From: Macrostomum hystrix
Lineage: Eukaryota; Animalia; Platyhelminthes
Direction of reading: 5' to 3'
Length of the DNA: 64,000 nt
Assembly: GCA_950097015.1 (NCBI GenBank)
Contig: CATNEN010000038.1
Span: forward strand, 124,001-188,000
Made by a program: the position numbers and the translations under genes. Shown here piece after piece: positions 12,116 to 24,800 of this stretch; position 1 is the first letter of the stretch; each line of letters opens with the position of its first letter. The notes beneath the pieces are model-generated. The model searched no databases, was not told where the DNA came from, and saw only the letters and a list, made by a program, of their open reading frames with translations.

Positions 12116-14251
12116 GTCGTAATTCGTGCGTAAATAAAATTACACTGCAGGTCAGTCACGTACTGGCCTTTGATTTCAGTTACAAAGGAACGATTTTCGA
12201 TTCCAACATTCGAACCGTGCCGACTATTTCTATTTAGGGCATCGAAACGGCACAATAAAACACGATTTGCTGACACCACAAGTCGGTGATTGTGATTTAA
12301 TCCAAAATAAAATAAAATGAATATTTTCACGTAGGGGTCTTTTTCTTACCCCTGACACCTGACCCCTGACACCTCCCTGGTTACAAAATAATTAGCACAT
12401 TATAGTGAATACTTCTAAAATGTTTCTTGAATACATGGGACCCAGGTAAGCAAATGAATAGGTGGATCAGTGTAATATAACTTTAACTAAGTCTGTAGTC
12501 TGTAGACCTAGACCTAGATCTAGACGTAGAGTAAAATAGAGTAAAATTAAACAATAGAGCACTTTTGTGAGTCTTATATTGAAAATCATAAGCCAGCATA
12601 GATCAATGCAAGCTTCGCTTATAAAAAAAGGCAGCGAATAATGGTGTTCACACATCCTAAATAAAAAGCTACACAATGATTAGAAGCTGTTTAACAATAA
12701 AAGTAATATAAAATCCAGCGTATTTAATAAAACATTAAAATTATGTAAGCATAGTTCAAAAGATTAATTTCTGGAAGCTGTTGCTATGGGCTATCTTGTG
12801 AAAACAAAACGGTGCGACTTTATGCGTGGATAGTCAGTATAGCAAATTATCCAGCTTGGTTTTAGGTATAGACATTGTTCCTAGGTCTTAGAAAAATATA
12901 GTTTGAATTGCTTTTACTTACAATTTTGCACACTAACCTTATTTGAAGTTCAAGAATAGTTCATAAACATGACGTAATGCCATGCTTGCATCGTTTCGTG
13001 AAACCCTTAAGTGCCAGTTTCGATGAATGTGACTAGTAATAGTAGATAGCCTACGCTTTAGAGTTTAGAATATTAAATAGATAATTCAGGCATTTAGCAC
13101 AAGTTACTTTTCAATAAATTACGGCTAAGTTAACCTGTGTACATATATATATATATTTATCCTTACTTTTTTGTTTGGCCCCATATGTATCACACAACAT
13201 AACATGTAGGCCTATGCGATGCACCTATGCCTATGGTAAATGAAAAATGCATCTGCATATATGGGCCTACCACACTTATATAAGTTATCTGGTAGCGATT
13301 ATTGTGTCCGAGCTGAAAGACACCCTTTGTTTCTAATTCACTCGACTCAGTGTTTAGTTATATTAAAATTTCAAATAGGCCTATGCATTGGTTAGGCCTA
13401 TAGACTATATTTCACCAATCCATGTAATTTAGGCTCCAAAGCCAAAGGACTAGAGTTGCCTAGTAAGACAATTTTGATGAGATTAGAACTGCTAGGCCTA
13501 GGCCTAGTTATTTATTTATCCAAAACAATGATTTTCATTTTTAATGGTAATGCAGTTTCATATTAGAATATTATTTACAATGGAATTGTTGAATGGTCTG
13601 AGGGATTTTATATAAATGAATAAGGCATAGGCCTAACTGTAGTTTTGTTTGTTAAACATTTTTTCATGAATATTTAGGCTCAACCCCTTTCTATTTAAAT
13701 TTCATACTAAAACAGTCTTAGGCTTTATTAAGGCATATTTGTTTGTGTTAGACATTAGGCCTAGCAAAGTTTGTGAAGAGTTTTAGCGCTGGGTGCAAAT
13801 GCAAGTATAGGCACATGAGCAACACAAGGTTGAGTTTTGGCTAAGAGAGAATACCATATTATATATCAATTGGAAGGGGGGCACATAAAACAGAACATTA
13901 AAATATAATTATTGGTACAGTTACATGCAGAGGTACAGAAACATTGTGTTTGTGGCAATTTGAATCATAAATACAGTAACATTATTTTTAGAAAACATGA
14001 AACAAGCCTATATGACTATCAGTGTATCACAATCTTTCTAACCCAAGAATCGCAAGATTAGCATATTGCCTTTAGGAATTCTAGCTATACTACCTTTGTA
14101 CATTGCTTATTTAAGTTTTTTACATTGCCATTACAGTTTTTGCTGATCAACATGTCAAACCTAGATGATAATGTAAATTTATTTATACACAGGCCAAAGC
14201 CAACAAATCTTATATAAAAGGAAGAAGCTGTATTTTTTAGAATAAAAATGT

Positions 14252-15211
14252 GCAGCAGCGGTGTGAGCTGGGGCATTGTTGTGATGAAGCTTTTGCCCTC
14301 GCATCCTTGGAGCCCGCTGTGTCACGCTGTTGATAACAACTGGCAAGCATTCTTCAGTGTACCAACAGGCAGTCACTGTGGCTTGTCCCTCCAGCTTCAC
14401 CATCGCCACCAGGCCTTGGAGTATCGAAGAAGATGGTGAACATCCTCTTGCCCTGGGACTGGGACCGCCTTGTTTTTTAAGGGTTGCTGACCATCTTCTC
14501 GCACCCACTCTGTACTGCTGCACTTTGTTTCAATGTCATAATGGTACAGAAAAGTTTCGTCACCTGTGATGACCTTGGAATGCCACTGGTAGTTGCCATG
14601 CTCATAGTGATCAATGAGAAGGTGGCAGAACTCCATCTGGGCCTGCTTCTGGGCATTCATCAGGATGTGGGTTATCCACCTGGTGCACAGCTTCCTGACC
14701 TTCAGATGGTCATAAAGAATAGTATTGACTGCTGCCAATCCAATGCTGATATTCATATTGATCATTTCAGTTGTGATTTGTGGGTCTTGCTTGATCAGTT
14801 CCTGTACTGCAGCAATGTTTTTGTTAATCACTGCAGTCAAAGGTCTTCCAGACTGAGGATCATCCAAAAAGTTGATCTTGCCAGCTTGGAACTCTTGGTA
14901 CCAGTGCATAACCGTGGCATATGATGGTGCTTGGGTGTCAAATGCTGCCACTAACTCAGCATGAGCCTCAAGTGCACTGAGCTTTCACTTGTGGCAGTAC
15001 CAAATCAGTAGCTGATTTTGCTCACAATTCAGCTCCATGGCTAGAGCAGTAGTCTAAGAGTCACTACCTTTGACTGTGGGCTGTGTGGGTCAATATATAT
15101 GAATCTGGTTGAAAATTGAGGTCAGAGCTAAGTACATATGCCTTGTGCAGTGGATGAATTTTGGCGATTGTATGATATAGTCAAATTGCAAAACTTTTGG
15201 AGTGTCCCTTA
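14252..15211 (-). mobile_element. Truncated, degenerate mariner (Tc1/mariner) element
   Basis: Frameshifted transposase motifs (DDPQSGRP, RWITHIL, ITGDET, HHNNAPAH). One TIR-like end next to TA at ~15180-15213; the 3' part is missing. Confidence 0.88.
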
Positions 15212-17002
15212 TACATATTAAGCCGTAAGGGCCTAGTTACAATATTTGATAAAAAGTAACAAATAAACTAGTTGTTTTTGTGGTATATTTTCCATGTAAA
15301 TAGGTTTTCTTGAAGCTTAAATTATAGATTTATTGAGTGTCTCTTATCCCATTTGTAGTCCCATGCACCAATATTTAATATTATTAATATTATTTATTAT
15401 TTGGTATTGTCTATAATATAGTGACTACTATTGTTTTGAAGTTATGTAGCAGATAGTTTATATTGCAAATTTGTAATTATATATTGACATAGTTAGTTAC
15501 TAGCTTGTGGCGGACAGTCAACACGCAACCAGCCAGCAACAGTGCAGCCGCACCCAAACCCCTCAACCTCAGTCTAGTTGAGGTGGGGGTTGGTGCACCC
15601 AGCCAGCCGGCTTGCTAAGCCGGGTGTGAGAAGTCACGCCACCATTTCGCACCTCCCTAGGCCCCTCTATCTCGCTCTCGCGTTTGCTGTAAATATAAAT
15701 ATACGTGCCATGCAGCACACTAACTTCGCTGCCACTCCAACTTCGTAAACAAAAGGCCTTCCGCCTTAAGCTTGTAACTATTCCATTGCTATCAATTCAG
15801 ATATCAACAATATTGGGTTTGTTTTAACAAGGTAAATTCTAACAGGTAAATTTTGTTCCAATTAAAATTAAATGCTTAGAAATTAGATTAAACCCAATAG
15901 CAACTCATTACTTCCATAATAGGCCTAGCTTAAATTTTAATCTCCCCAAAGTTTAAGAATATTCTAATGTTATCTTATTCAAATAAATCAAAACTGGTAT
16001 GTACATTATATGTTTATTGTATCAATCTGAGTAGCCAGTTTATTCCTTGGTTAGGACCTAGTCCTGTTTATACCTTTAAAATAGTTGCACTGCTTACTTT
16101 CTACCTAAATGCTCCACTTTGCCACCACTTGTATTTACTATTGTAATTAAGCACATGTTTCTTTTTTATTTGTGAGATATAAGTATTAATTGAGAATGGA
16201 GAATTATATTGTGAGGCCATGTTCACTTTAAATTATTACACAGTGCAAAGTTATACAGTTATTTGTAAGTATCAAAATCTTGCTTTCAGGTGTACTTCTG
16301 TAGCTACATTTAAGTAACAGAGGATCTAGGACAACAGTTTCATAATGTATGCTTTTAATCTATCATCTGTTTTTTAAATAATATATAAATATTAAAAGAA
16401 ACATCGTAAGATGCAAATATAAACCACTAATCAGATTTTTCATGGCTGTGTTTTTATTATGGTTCTCCTAATTTTAATTATAAACTAAAATCATTTTTTG
16501 AATATTAGCTCAGTGTTTCTAGACATGTTTAGTATCTACTTTGTGCTTTGTGGCAGAAAATATAGATTATAAATCAATATATATATATATGAGTATATAT
16601 ATCTATATATATATATAAATCAAATTCTTTCAAATTCATATCTATTTGTTTTAATATTTTATTTGTAAAATAACACATGCATTCAATGCTATTGGAAGTA
16701 AACGAATGAATTTTTCACTTCTTAACAAATTAGACAAGCATTTTGTGCAGTGAGTACTAACAGTAGCCAATTTAGTGTTCAAAAAGATTTTTTTGTTCAA
16801 AACATTCATATGTGCTACGAGCAATTCATCATCATTTTGAAAAATATATAAATTTACAAAACTTCATCATGTGCACCAAGTGATGGCAAAGAAGCACGAA
16901 ATTGCACAACAAACAAAAGTTAGATTTCAGGTGAGAATTCTGATGTCGTCTATAAAGCAACAGAATATAATGGGTAGCTTTTCTAACAACCAACAGCCAT
17001 TG

Positions 17003-18745
17003 TCACAGGAAAAGACTGCACAGCACTTCGACCAGTTCTGCGTTCTGATCTTGCAGGCACCACGCCTGGAATTCGGCTGTCTCGACTACAAAGCCCTTCT
17101 TTGTTGGCTGATAAAAATAGCACAGCTGACCGCATACGCGCAGGATAAACCAGTCGGCGAAGTTCACTTGCACGGATTGGTCGCGCATATGAAAGACGTA
17201 ATAATAGCCGTTGGCATAAGTCCTCCATCTCACCAGGTAGTTTGGTGTGCCTGCACTTCTGCCCTGGCTAACCCAGCTAAGCTGCTCCAACAGCTGATTA
17301 TTAGCTCTGACATCCTTAAACGCCTCGTCCAGGTCTTTTACTACTGGCTGAAAGAATCTTTCGACTGAGTTAGCCGGCGTTTCATGAAATAGCTGCCGCT
17401 GAGACTTCAGATTCACAAAATAGTAGCGACCAGTTCGGGTTGACTGCAGGCAACCAGTTTGGTCGTTATATAGAGATCCGTTAAAGCCACTGGACAGCTG
17501 GTAGTATAGTCCGCAGACATCAGACCTGTCTCGCCACCAGGTTAGCCACGTGCTGCTAAAGTCTGTGACCCTTTTCTGCCACCCTGGCTCGCTGTGGAAA
17601 TAGTCTATCAGCTGTGTGGTGCGCACAATTCTCAGATCCACCACTGTCAGACTTTTGGACAGCGGCACTGCCACATGTTTGTTGAACAGTTTCTCGGTAG
17701 ACTTGCGCAGGTCAGTTCTAGACTGCTTTGAGAATATATTTGACAGACTTTTCGACAGGTTTCGAACACTTTTTGATCGTCGCAAGCCGGTACAACTGGC
17801 AGCTCTGTGGCTCTCCTTGCTCAGAAGTACCTTGTATGCTGTAGCGTAGTGACAAAACGGGTGTCCTAAAATCTGCTCGAGACTGGGTCGTTCAGCTGGA
17901 TCAAGTTGCAGTATCGTAGATATTAGGTCTTTCTGATTATCGTCAGTATGGTATTGACTGGAGAAAGCGTATCTGCAGTTTACTATATTATTGTAGATTT
18001 CCGTTATTGTATCCGTTTGAAATGGTGGCACTCCACCGAACATTGCATAGAGAATAACACCACACGACCAAATGTCGCTCTTGGTTGTGTGACCTTGTCT
18101 TAGTAACACTTCAGGACTTAGATAGTTTGGCGTACCGCAGGCTATGTGTCGCTCTAGATAAGCTCTTGTAAATGTGCACGCCAGACCGAAGTCTGTAATC
18201 TTCACAGCGTCGTCGGCACCAACCAGAATGTTGCTTAATTTCAGGTCTCTATGAAAAATTCTATTCTCGTGAAGGTATTGCAACCCATCGATTATCTGTT
18301 TGAAGTAGAAAGCTGCGAGATCTATCGATAGGCTTGTTTCTTTATGTACCATGTCGGCGAGTGATCTGTTGCTGCAGTATTCAAGAACAAAATAGACGCA
18401 ATCTTCAAACACAAAGTGGTCCATGAGCTCCACAACGTTGCGATGCCTTAGCTGACTGTGCAAACCTATCTCGTACCACAGGTGAGGCTCCTTTGATGCC
18501 TGCCGTACCTGCTGCATGCATACTCTTTTAATGGCGACTGTTCGCTCCGAAACGACGTCGCCAGCGTCCTCTTGCTGCTGACCGTCAGCATCGTCGCCTC
18601 CGCGTCGGCAACGCGCTGAATATTTTCGCTCGATGGCCTTGTAGCAAACGCCGAACCCGCCTTGGCCGAGGTAATGACCTAGGTCGTACGCTGTTGCTCC
18701 ATGGCGTAGCTTCACGGCGTGCTGTTGCTCTCCAGCTGTTGTCAT
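17003..18745 (-). CDS. Intronless divergent Polo-like kinase, 580 aa
   Basis: Kinase motifs GQGGFG, VAIK, HRDLKLSN, DFGLA and CGTPNYLSPE. Two degenerate polo boxes (WLTWWRDRSDVCGLYYQLS; VFHMRDQSVQVNF). Confidence 0.9.
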   Translation of the reverse strand: MTTAGEQQHAVKLRHGATAYDLGHYLGQGGFGVCYKAIERKYSARCRRGGDDADGQQQEDAGDVVSERTVAIKRVCMQQVRQASKEPHLWYEIGLHSQLRHRNVVELMDHFVFEDCVYFVLEYCSNRSLADMVHKETSLSIDLAAFYFKQIIDGLQYLHENRIFHRDLKLSNILVGADDAVKITDFGLACTFTRAYLERHIACGTPNYLSPEVLLRQGHTTKSDIWSCGVILYAMFGGVPPFQTDTITEIYNNIVNCRYAFSSQYHTDDNQKDLISTILQLDPAERPSLEQILGHPFCHYATAYKVLLSKESHRAASCTGLRRSKSVRNLSKSLSNIFSKQSRTDLRKSTEKLFNKHVAVPLSKSLTVVDLRIVRTTQLIDYFHSEPGWQKRVTDFSSTWLTWWRDRSDVCGLYYQLSSGFNGSLYNDQTGCLQSTRTGRYYFVNLKSQRQLFHETPANSVERFFQPVVKDLDEAFKDVRANNQLLEQLSWVSQGRSAGTPNYLVRWRTYANGYYYVFHMRDQSVQVNFADWFILRVCGQLCYFYQPTKKGFVVETAEFQAWCLQDQNAELVEVLCSLFL

Positions 18746-21700
18746 AACAATCGCACAGCAACAATTCGTGCCTGCTCGCGTCTATGGTCTATGGACTGAG
18801 TACACGACTCAGACCTCGCAGTACGACAATAACGCTTTCTTTATTTAAGTCTCGTGTTTCATAACTCGGGCTTAAGAATCGCTTTGAGTGAAGAGCTTAT
18901 TGTGCGTATTTCAGTTTTTAGCGAATTGCGTGACGCGTCTTTATTGCGAAGGGTCAGAAACGTGCACTGAGTGATGCGTCTGGCTCTGGCTTGCCCCACT
19001 GTCTTTCTGGGCTTCTCTAACCTTTAGGATAGCCGCTTGAGTGGATGTGACTCTTTATGTCACACGTCGCACACCCGACTTATTCTGTATGCGCACACCG
19101 CACTGCTCTGCACTGCATTGCACACTCATATTTCTAAATTACTTGCTGGCGAGTGCATTAATGTGTCTTTTTATATATTTTTTCTGAGGCCAACAGTGGC
19201 ACTCCTTATGGCAATTGGTTGCCTACATTTTCTCTCCCTGCCGGCTGACATGCATTTTCTGACCCTGGGTTGGGTTGATGGGTGGTACAAAAGCGAGGGT
19301 GGGTCGCAGCGTACTGATCCAACCCTTCCTCCCCTCTCCTACGCCACCCATGTTCGCCCACCCACAGAGGGCTTACACATGCGTGCGCAGTGGCCCCACC
19401 CCATACCAACCTCTTCCTATAACAGTCTCATTTCTTTCCCGGTGTGGCATGTTTTTTGCATGCGTTTGCTTGGGCTGCCCATTTTCATCCTTGGCTTAGC
19501 TCCACTTTATGATTGTCTATAGTTTACTTTTTGGCACTGCATAACTCAAGTATAAATTCACTATGCAAAGTTCTGTATATATAATTAAAATGAACGTATA
19601 TACTCCCTGTCTAGTTCCTCTTCTAAACCCATCTTCCCATTTTCCCGTCATCCGCACATTCTCTTCCCCACAACTCCACAGCTGGAATGAGAAATGTCGG
19701 CGTAATTTTTAGGAGGGGGCGTGGTTGAGAAAGATTTCTAAGGCGCGTATGCATACTCTCTCTCAACTGGCTTGCTTTCTGCTTTTGCTCTCAGTGCTCC
19801 CTGCTTCCTTACTGCTAGCTCCACTCGTCCGGCCTCTTGTGCTCTCCGATTCTCCTCATTTTCGTCTCCCTCTTCCCAACCCAATGCGCTGCCGTCCCAG
19901 GAGTGAGAAAGCGGCAGTCGGAGACCGTTTGTAGGACCATGGAACTTTTCCCCAGGTCGGCGTGGCCTGTGAGCAAACGGTCGTGGATTAGCTGTCCCGC
20001 CCGGCAACCCGAGTCCCTTGAGTTGGGATCGCTGCCCAATGCGGCCTTTCTCTAAATGACAGTTTCCTTCTATCTGGCTAGTCGCCGCTGTTTTCCTCAC
20101 CACTCGTTCAGCCCGCGTCGAACTTGATTGAGCGCTTGACTCGGTCGAATTCGGTTTCCATCTCTACCCTTAGCAACAGAGTCGCGTCCAGCTCCACCTC
20201 CAAGTCGGCCTTATCGGAGCAGTGATGCTTGGTTGGTTGGGCTTGGGCCTGTGTGCATTTCCTTCCAAATAAGCGTCAACACACAGCTGGATAGCAAAAC
20301 TTGGCTGTACCGGTTTCTGTCCTCTGGGAATTAAATGAGAGAGGATTGGTTTGCCTGCTTGAAATTCAAATCATTCTCTTAGATTTGAAGCACAAGAAGT
20401 TAGTGCATTTATTTACCAAGCTTATAAGACTAAGACTTTTAAGAATCTTAATTGTGTAGAATGTGGCAGCTACGCATAGCGATATTACTGTATCACAAAA
20501 TCACACCATAAGTTGTATCTGCTCGTGCATGCAACATATAGCAGATACTATACGATGGATCGGCAACATTGTATGCCTCGTGGTCAAAAGAAAGAGTTCT
20601 TAGGCTCGACAGCGAGGTAGATAGATTAGGAAGCGTGAAAGAAAACTTAGGGCCCGTTAGCGAAGTACAAGAACAGCCGCATTTTCCGTACATTAGTAAA
20701 TTCAGTGGAAAATAATAATAGTGGACTACCCTCTGCACAGTCAAATAAAGTTCAGTACTCGCTGACATACGAAACCCGCAATATTTAGGCGCTTAGGGTT
20801 TCGATGTATTGTTTGATCTCTCACTCATTTCTTATTTGGCGCGTCCACCTTATTAACGTTAATTAAATTGAATTTCAAGTCTCCTGAAAGTCTCCTGATA
20901 GTCCAATGGCTTAGTAAAATTATAGTAGTCATTTTCCTTGGTATAAATTAAGTAGATTTACATTTGGTATTCCATTTGCACTTCCAAGACAATCGGAAGA
21001 AAAAAACATCTCACTGTAAAGTGTTTCCATTTCACATTTCAAGACATGCGTCTAGGTTGAAATACGGGCCAGTAGCACCATTTTTTGCCAAGTTACTAAA
21101 AACCGCACGAACATCACGTGAAAAATGGCTAAACACCGAAGGCTAGAAAAGAGAGAAATATCTGATGAATCGCTTGTTCAGGTGGTTAGTCTTCATACCT
21201 ACAGCCTATGGAAACAGTATTGCGAATGTTTTTGTAGCATACTAATATCACAATTCTATCATTAATCATAAATCTAACAATCTAGGGCACAGGTTCGACT
21301 TATGAAACTTTGAAACTGCTTCACTTCACCATGTGATGCCAGGGTTCTATTTGTTATTATTTAATATTTTTGATTACACTGACATGCTAAGCTTTGCATA
21401 TTGAAATTAGTACCTAGAAAATCTATGTAGCAACAACTTATTCCCTGTTAGTGGCATACCATACACGTCAGATCAATTACAGCACAAGTGATTTATTAAT
21501 AACAAAAGCCGGGGCCCGAACGCTAGAACCTCTCTGTATCATTTGGTACATATAATTACAGTCCCTGTTCTTATAATTCCTTGAAAGTTCTTGGAAAAAT
21601 AGATCCGGAAGCGGCTGTCAGGAGTCAGTAGCAACAATGCCAGAAACGCATGCCTCCCACTATAGCTAATTGCTCTTGTCTTTACCACATACTTGCTAAT

Positions 21701-21829
21701 CAACATTAACCCAAACGCGTCAATTTTTGTGCTTATAGTGTTTATCGAGATTTTTGCCTACTAAAAGTAGATTGATCAGAGTGCGAATCTAACATTGTGA
21801 GCTAAATATTTTCCGCATCCTTTTCCAGC

Positions 21830-24800
21830 ATGCCTCCTAAACGCAACGCTAAAAAGAAGGGTGGGGATGACGACGATGAGTTTTTCAATAAGCGTGAAGC
21901 TGAGCTCAGCGGCAAGCTAAAGTCGCTCAGCCTGGCAGACGCTGAGAACGAGGACAATGCTGGGAAAAAGACAAAGGCAGTCAAGGCCAAGGAAAGCAAA
22001 GCCAAAAACAACAAGTCTGGCGGTAAGGCGGGTGCCGATTCCGGCGACGAATCGGACGCCGACTCCAGCGTTGCCGGCGGTCAGAAAGGCCAGCAAAAGC
22101 AGCGGCAGCAGAAGCAGCAAACGGCGAAGAAGGGTCAGGCCAAGAAAGCAGGGGTGCCAGATTCTGACAATGAAAGCGCCGACGATAAGCCTGCTGCCAG
22201 GAAGAAGGGAAAAGCCAAGTCAGGAAAGCATGTTGGTGACTCCGATGAGGAATCGGATGCTGATTCGACTGTAGCCAAAAAAAAAGATCAGAAGCCACAG
22301 CAACAGCAGTCAAAACAATCAAAGAGAGGCCATGCCAAGAAGAACAATGCGGACGAGGATGAGGAGTATTTTCTAAAGAGGGAGGCGGAGCTCGTGGCCG
22401 TCAAGGGAAAGGCTGGCAAGGACGCCGCTGATTCAGAAGGTGAAGATTCTGACGCCCAATCTAATACTAAAAAGCCACAAAAGAAGCAGAAAAATAAAAA
22501 TCAGGCCTCATCAACAAAGCCACCAGTAAATGCATTCGCCATGCTGCAAGTTGAAGATGTGGATGATGATAATGATGATGAAGAAGATGAAGAAAGCTCA
22601 GACGCTGAAAAGTCAATACCGAAGTCGGAGAAGTCAGCTCAGGTGAAGCCGGTTGTAAAAGAAAAGTCTTCTGAGACTAAACCGGAAGCTAAGCAAGAAC
22701 CGAAATCAGATACTAAAACGGAAGCTAAATCAGAAGCTAAATCAGAAGCTAAATCAGAAGCTAAATCAGAAGCTAAATCAGAAGCTAAGAAGGAAGCTAC
22801 AACCGAAGCCAAGCAGGATACTAAACCTGAAGCTAAGCTGGAAGCCAAAAAGTCCTCAAAGAAAGCCGGCGGCAAGATTCCCAAGTCCATGGCTTGGCTA
22901 GACGATGATGAGCCGTCTAAGGCGTCTACGAAGTCCGCGGATAATGCGGCCGCTGCGTTGGAAGCTGAAGATGCCGACAAGCTGGCCATTAACAAGGCCG
23001 CCGCCGAGAAGGCCATCGCCGCGGCCACAGCGGCAGCTAACGCCGCCAAAGCCAAAGAGCTGGCCGAGCAGCGAGCCGCGGATGAGGAGGAGGCCATGTA
23101 CGACTCGGACGAGGAAAGACAGAACCGTCTAGCTGAGGAAGAGCGATTGGAACAGGAGAAGCGCGCCCGCATGACTAAGAAGGACTTGGCCAAGTACCTG
23201 AAGAAGGTAGAGCTAGAAAAGATGCAGGTAAGTTAGTTTTTTTAATTTAGATAATATCTTCATTTCAGAAGTTTTCCACATCGCACAATTGTAAGTTGGT
23301 TCTGATCCTCAATCCGTCAAGGCTGAACTGAATCAAAACGAGTCCTCCAAAGGCGGCATCGGCCAGTTCGCACTGTCGCAGGCGGAGCGCAATATTAAAG
23401 ACGAAATCTTGGACTCTCAAACAGACATTCGGGTGGATGATTTCTCAATCTCGGCTGGCGGCAAGCCGCTGTTCGTGAACGCCAGTTTGCACATCACCGC
23501 AGGCCGTCGCTACGGTCTGGTCGGGCCCAACGGGCACGGCAAGACCACCCTGCTGCGGCACATCTCTTCCAGGGCCCTGCGCATCCCGCGAGGCATCGAC
23601 GTGCTGCTGTGCGAGCAGGACGTCCTGGCTGACGAAACGCCCGCACTGACTGTGGTTCTGGAGTCCGACAAGAAACGGCTGGCCCTGCTAGAAGAGGAGG
23701 CCCAGCTCAAGAAGGTCATGGAGCGTGGAAAATGCGGCGACGCTGAGATCCACCGGCTGCAGGAGGTCTCGGTCGAGTTGCAGGCCATCGGGGCTTACTC
23801 GGCCGAGGGTCGAGCCCGCCGTATCCTGGCCGGCCTGCAGTTCACCAAGGACATGATGGAGCGACCAACCAAAGCGCTATCAGGTAGGGATCGGCTTTCT
23901 GGTATATGTTAATCTCCCTCATCCTCAAACAACGAATTGACGTTAATCCTCCAGATTCTCAAACTGGGAATAGACGTTAATCTCCCTGTTCCTCAAACTG
24001 GGAATAGACGTTAATCTCCCTTATCCTCAAACTAGGAATATATGTTAGTCTTCCTTATCCCTCAACGGGGAATAGATGTTAATCTCCCTGATCCTCAAAC
24101 AGGAAATAAACATCAAACTCCCTGATCCTCAAACAGGGAATAGACGTTAATCTCCCTAATCCTCAAACAGGGAATAGACGTTAATTTTTTTGTCACATCC
24201 TTCAACTGTCTCATTTCGAATCCCATCTCACCTCAGGCGGGTGGAGAATGCGTGTTTCTCTAGCCAGAGCCCTGTTCCTGGAGCCGACCTTGCTGATCCT
24301 GGACGAGCCCACCAACCACCTGGACCTCAACGCCGTCATCTGGCTGGACAACTATCTGCAGCAGTGGCGCAAGACCCTGCTCATTGTGTCTCACGACCAG
24401 AGCTTCCTTGACAACGTGTGCACTGATATTGTCCACCTGGACCAGAAGAAGCTGTTCTATTACCGCGGCAACTACGCCACCTTCAAGAAGATGTCCGGCC
24501 AGAAGCGCCGCGAGCAGCTCAAGGAATACGAGAAGCAGGAGAAAAAGCTCAAGGAACTCAAAGCGGCCGGCAAGTCCAGCAAGCAGGCCGAGAAGAAGCA
24601 GAAGGAGCTGCTGACTCGAAAGCAGGCCAAGGGGGCCAGCAAGCAGCAGAAGGCGGACGCCACATCTGCCGGGGAGAGCTCCAATGTTCAGCAGCTGCTT
24701 GAGAAGCCTAAGGAGTACGTGGTGCGCTTCACCTTCCCGCAGCCACCGGAGCTCAGTCCGCCGATTCTGGGCCTGCACGATGTGTACTTTGGCTATCCCA

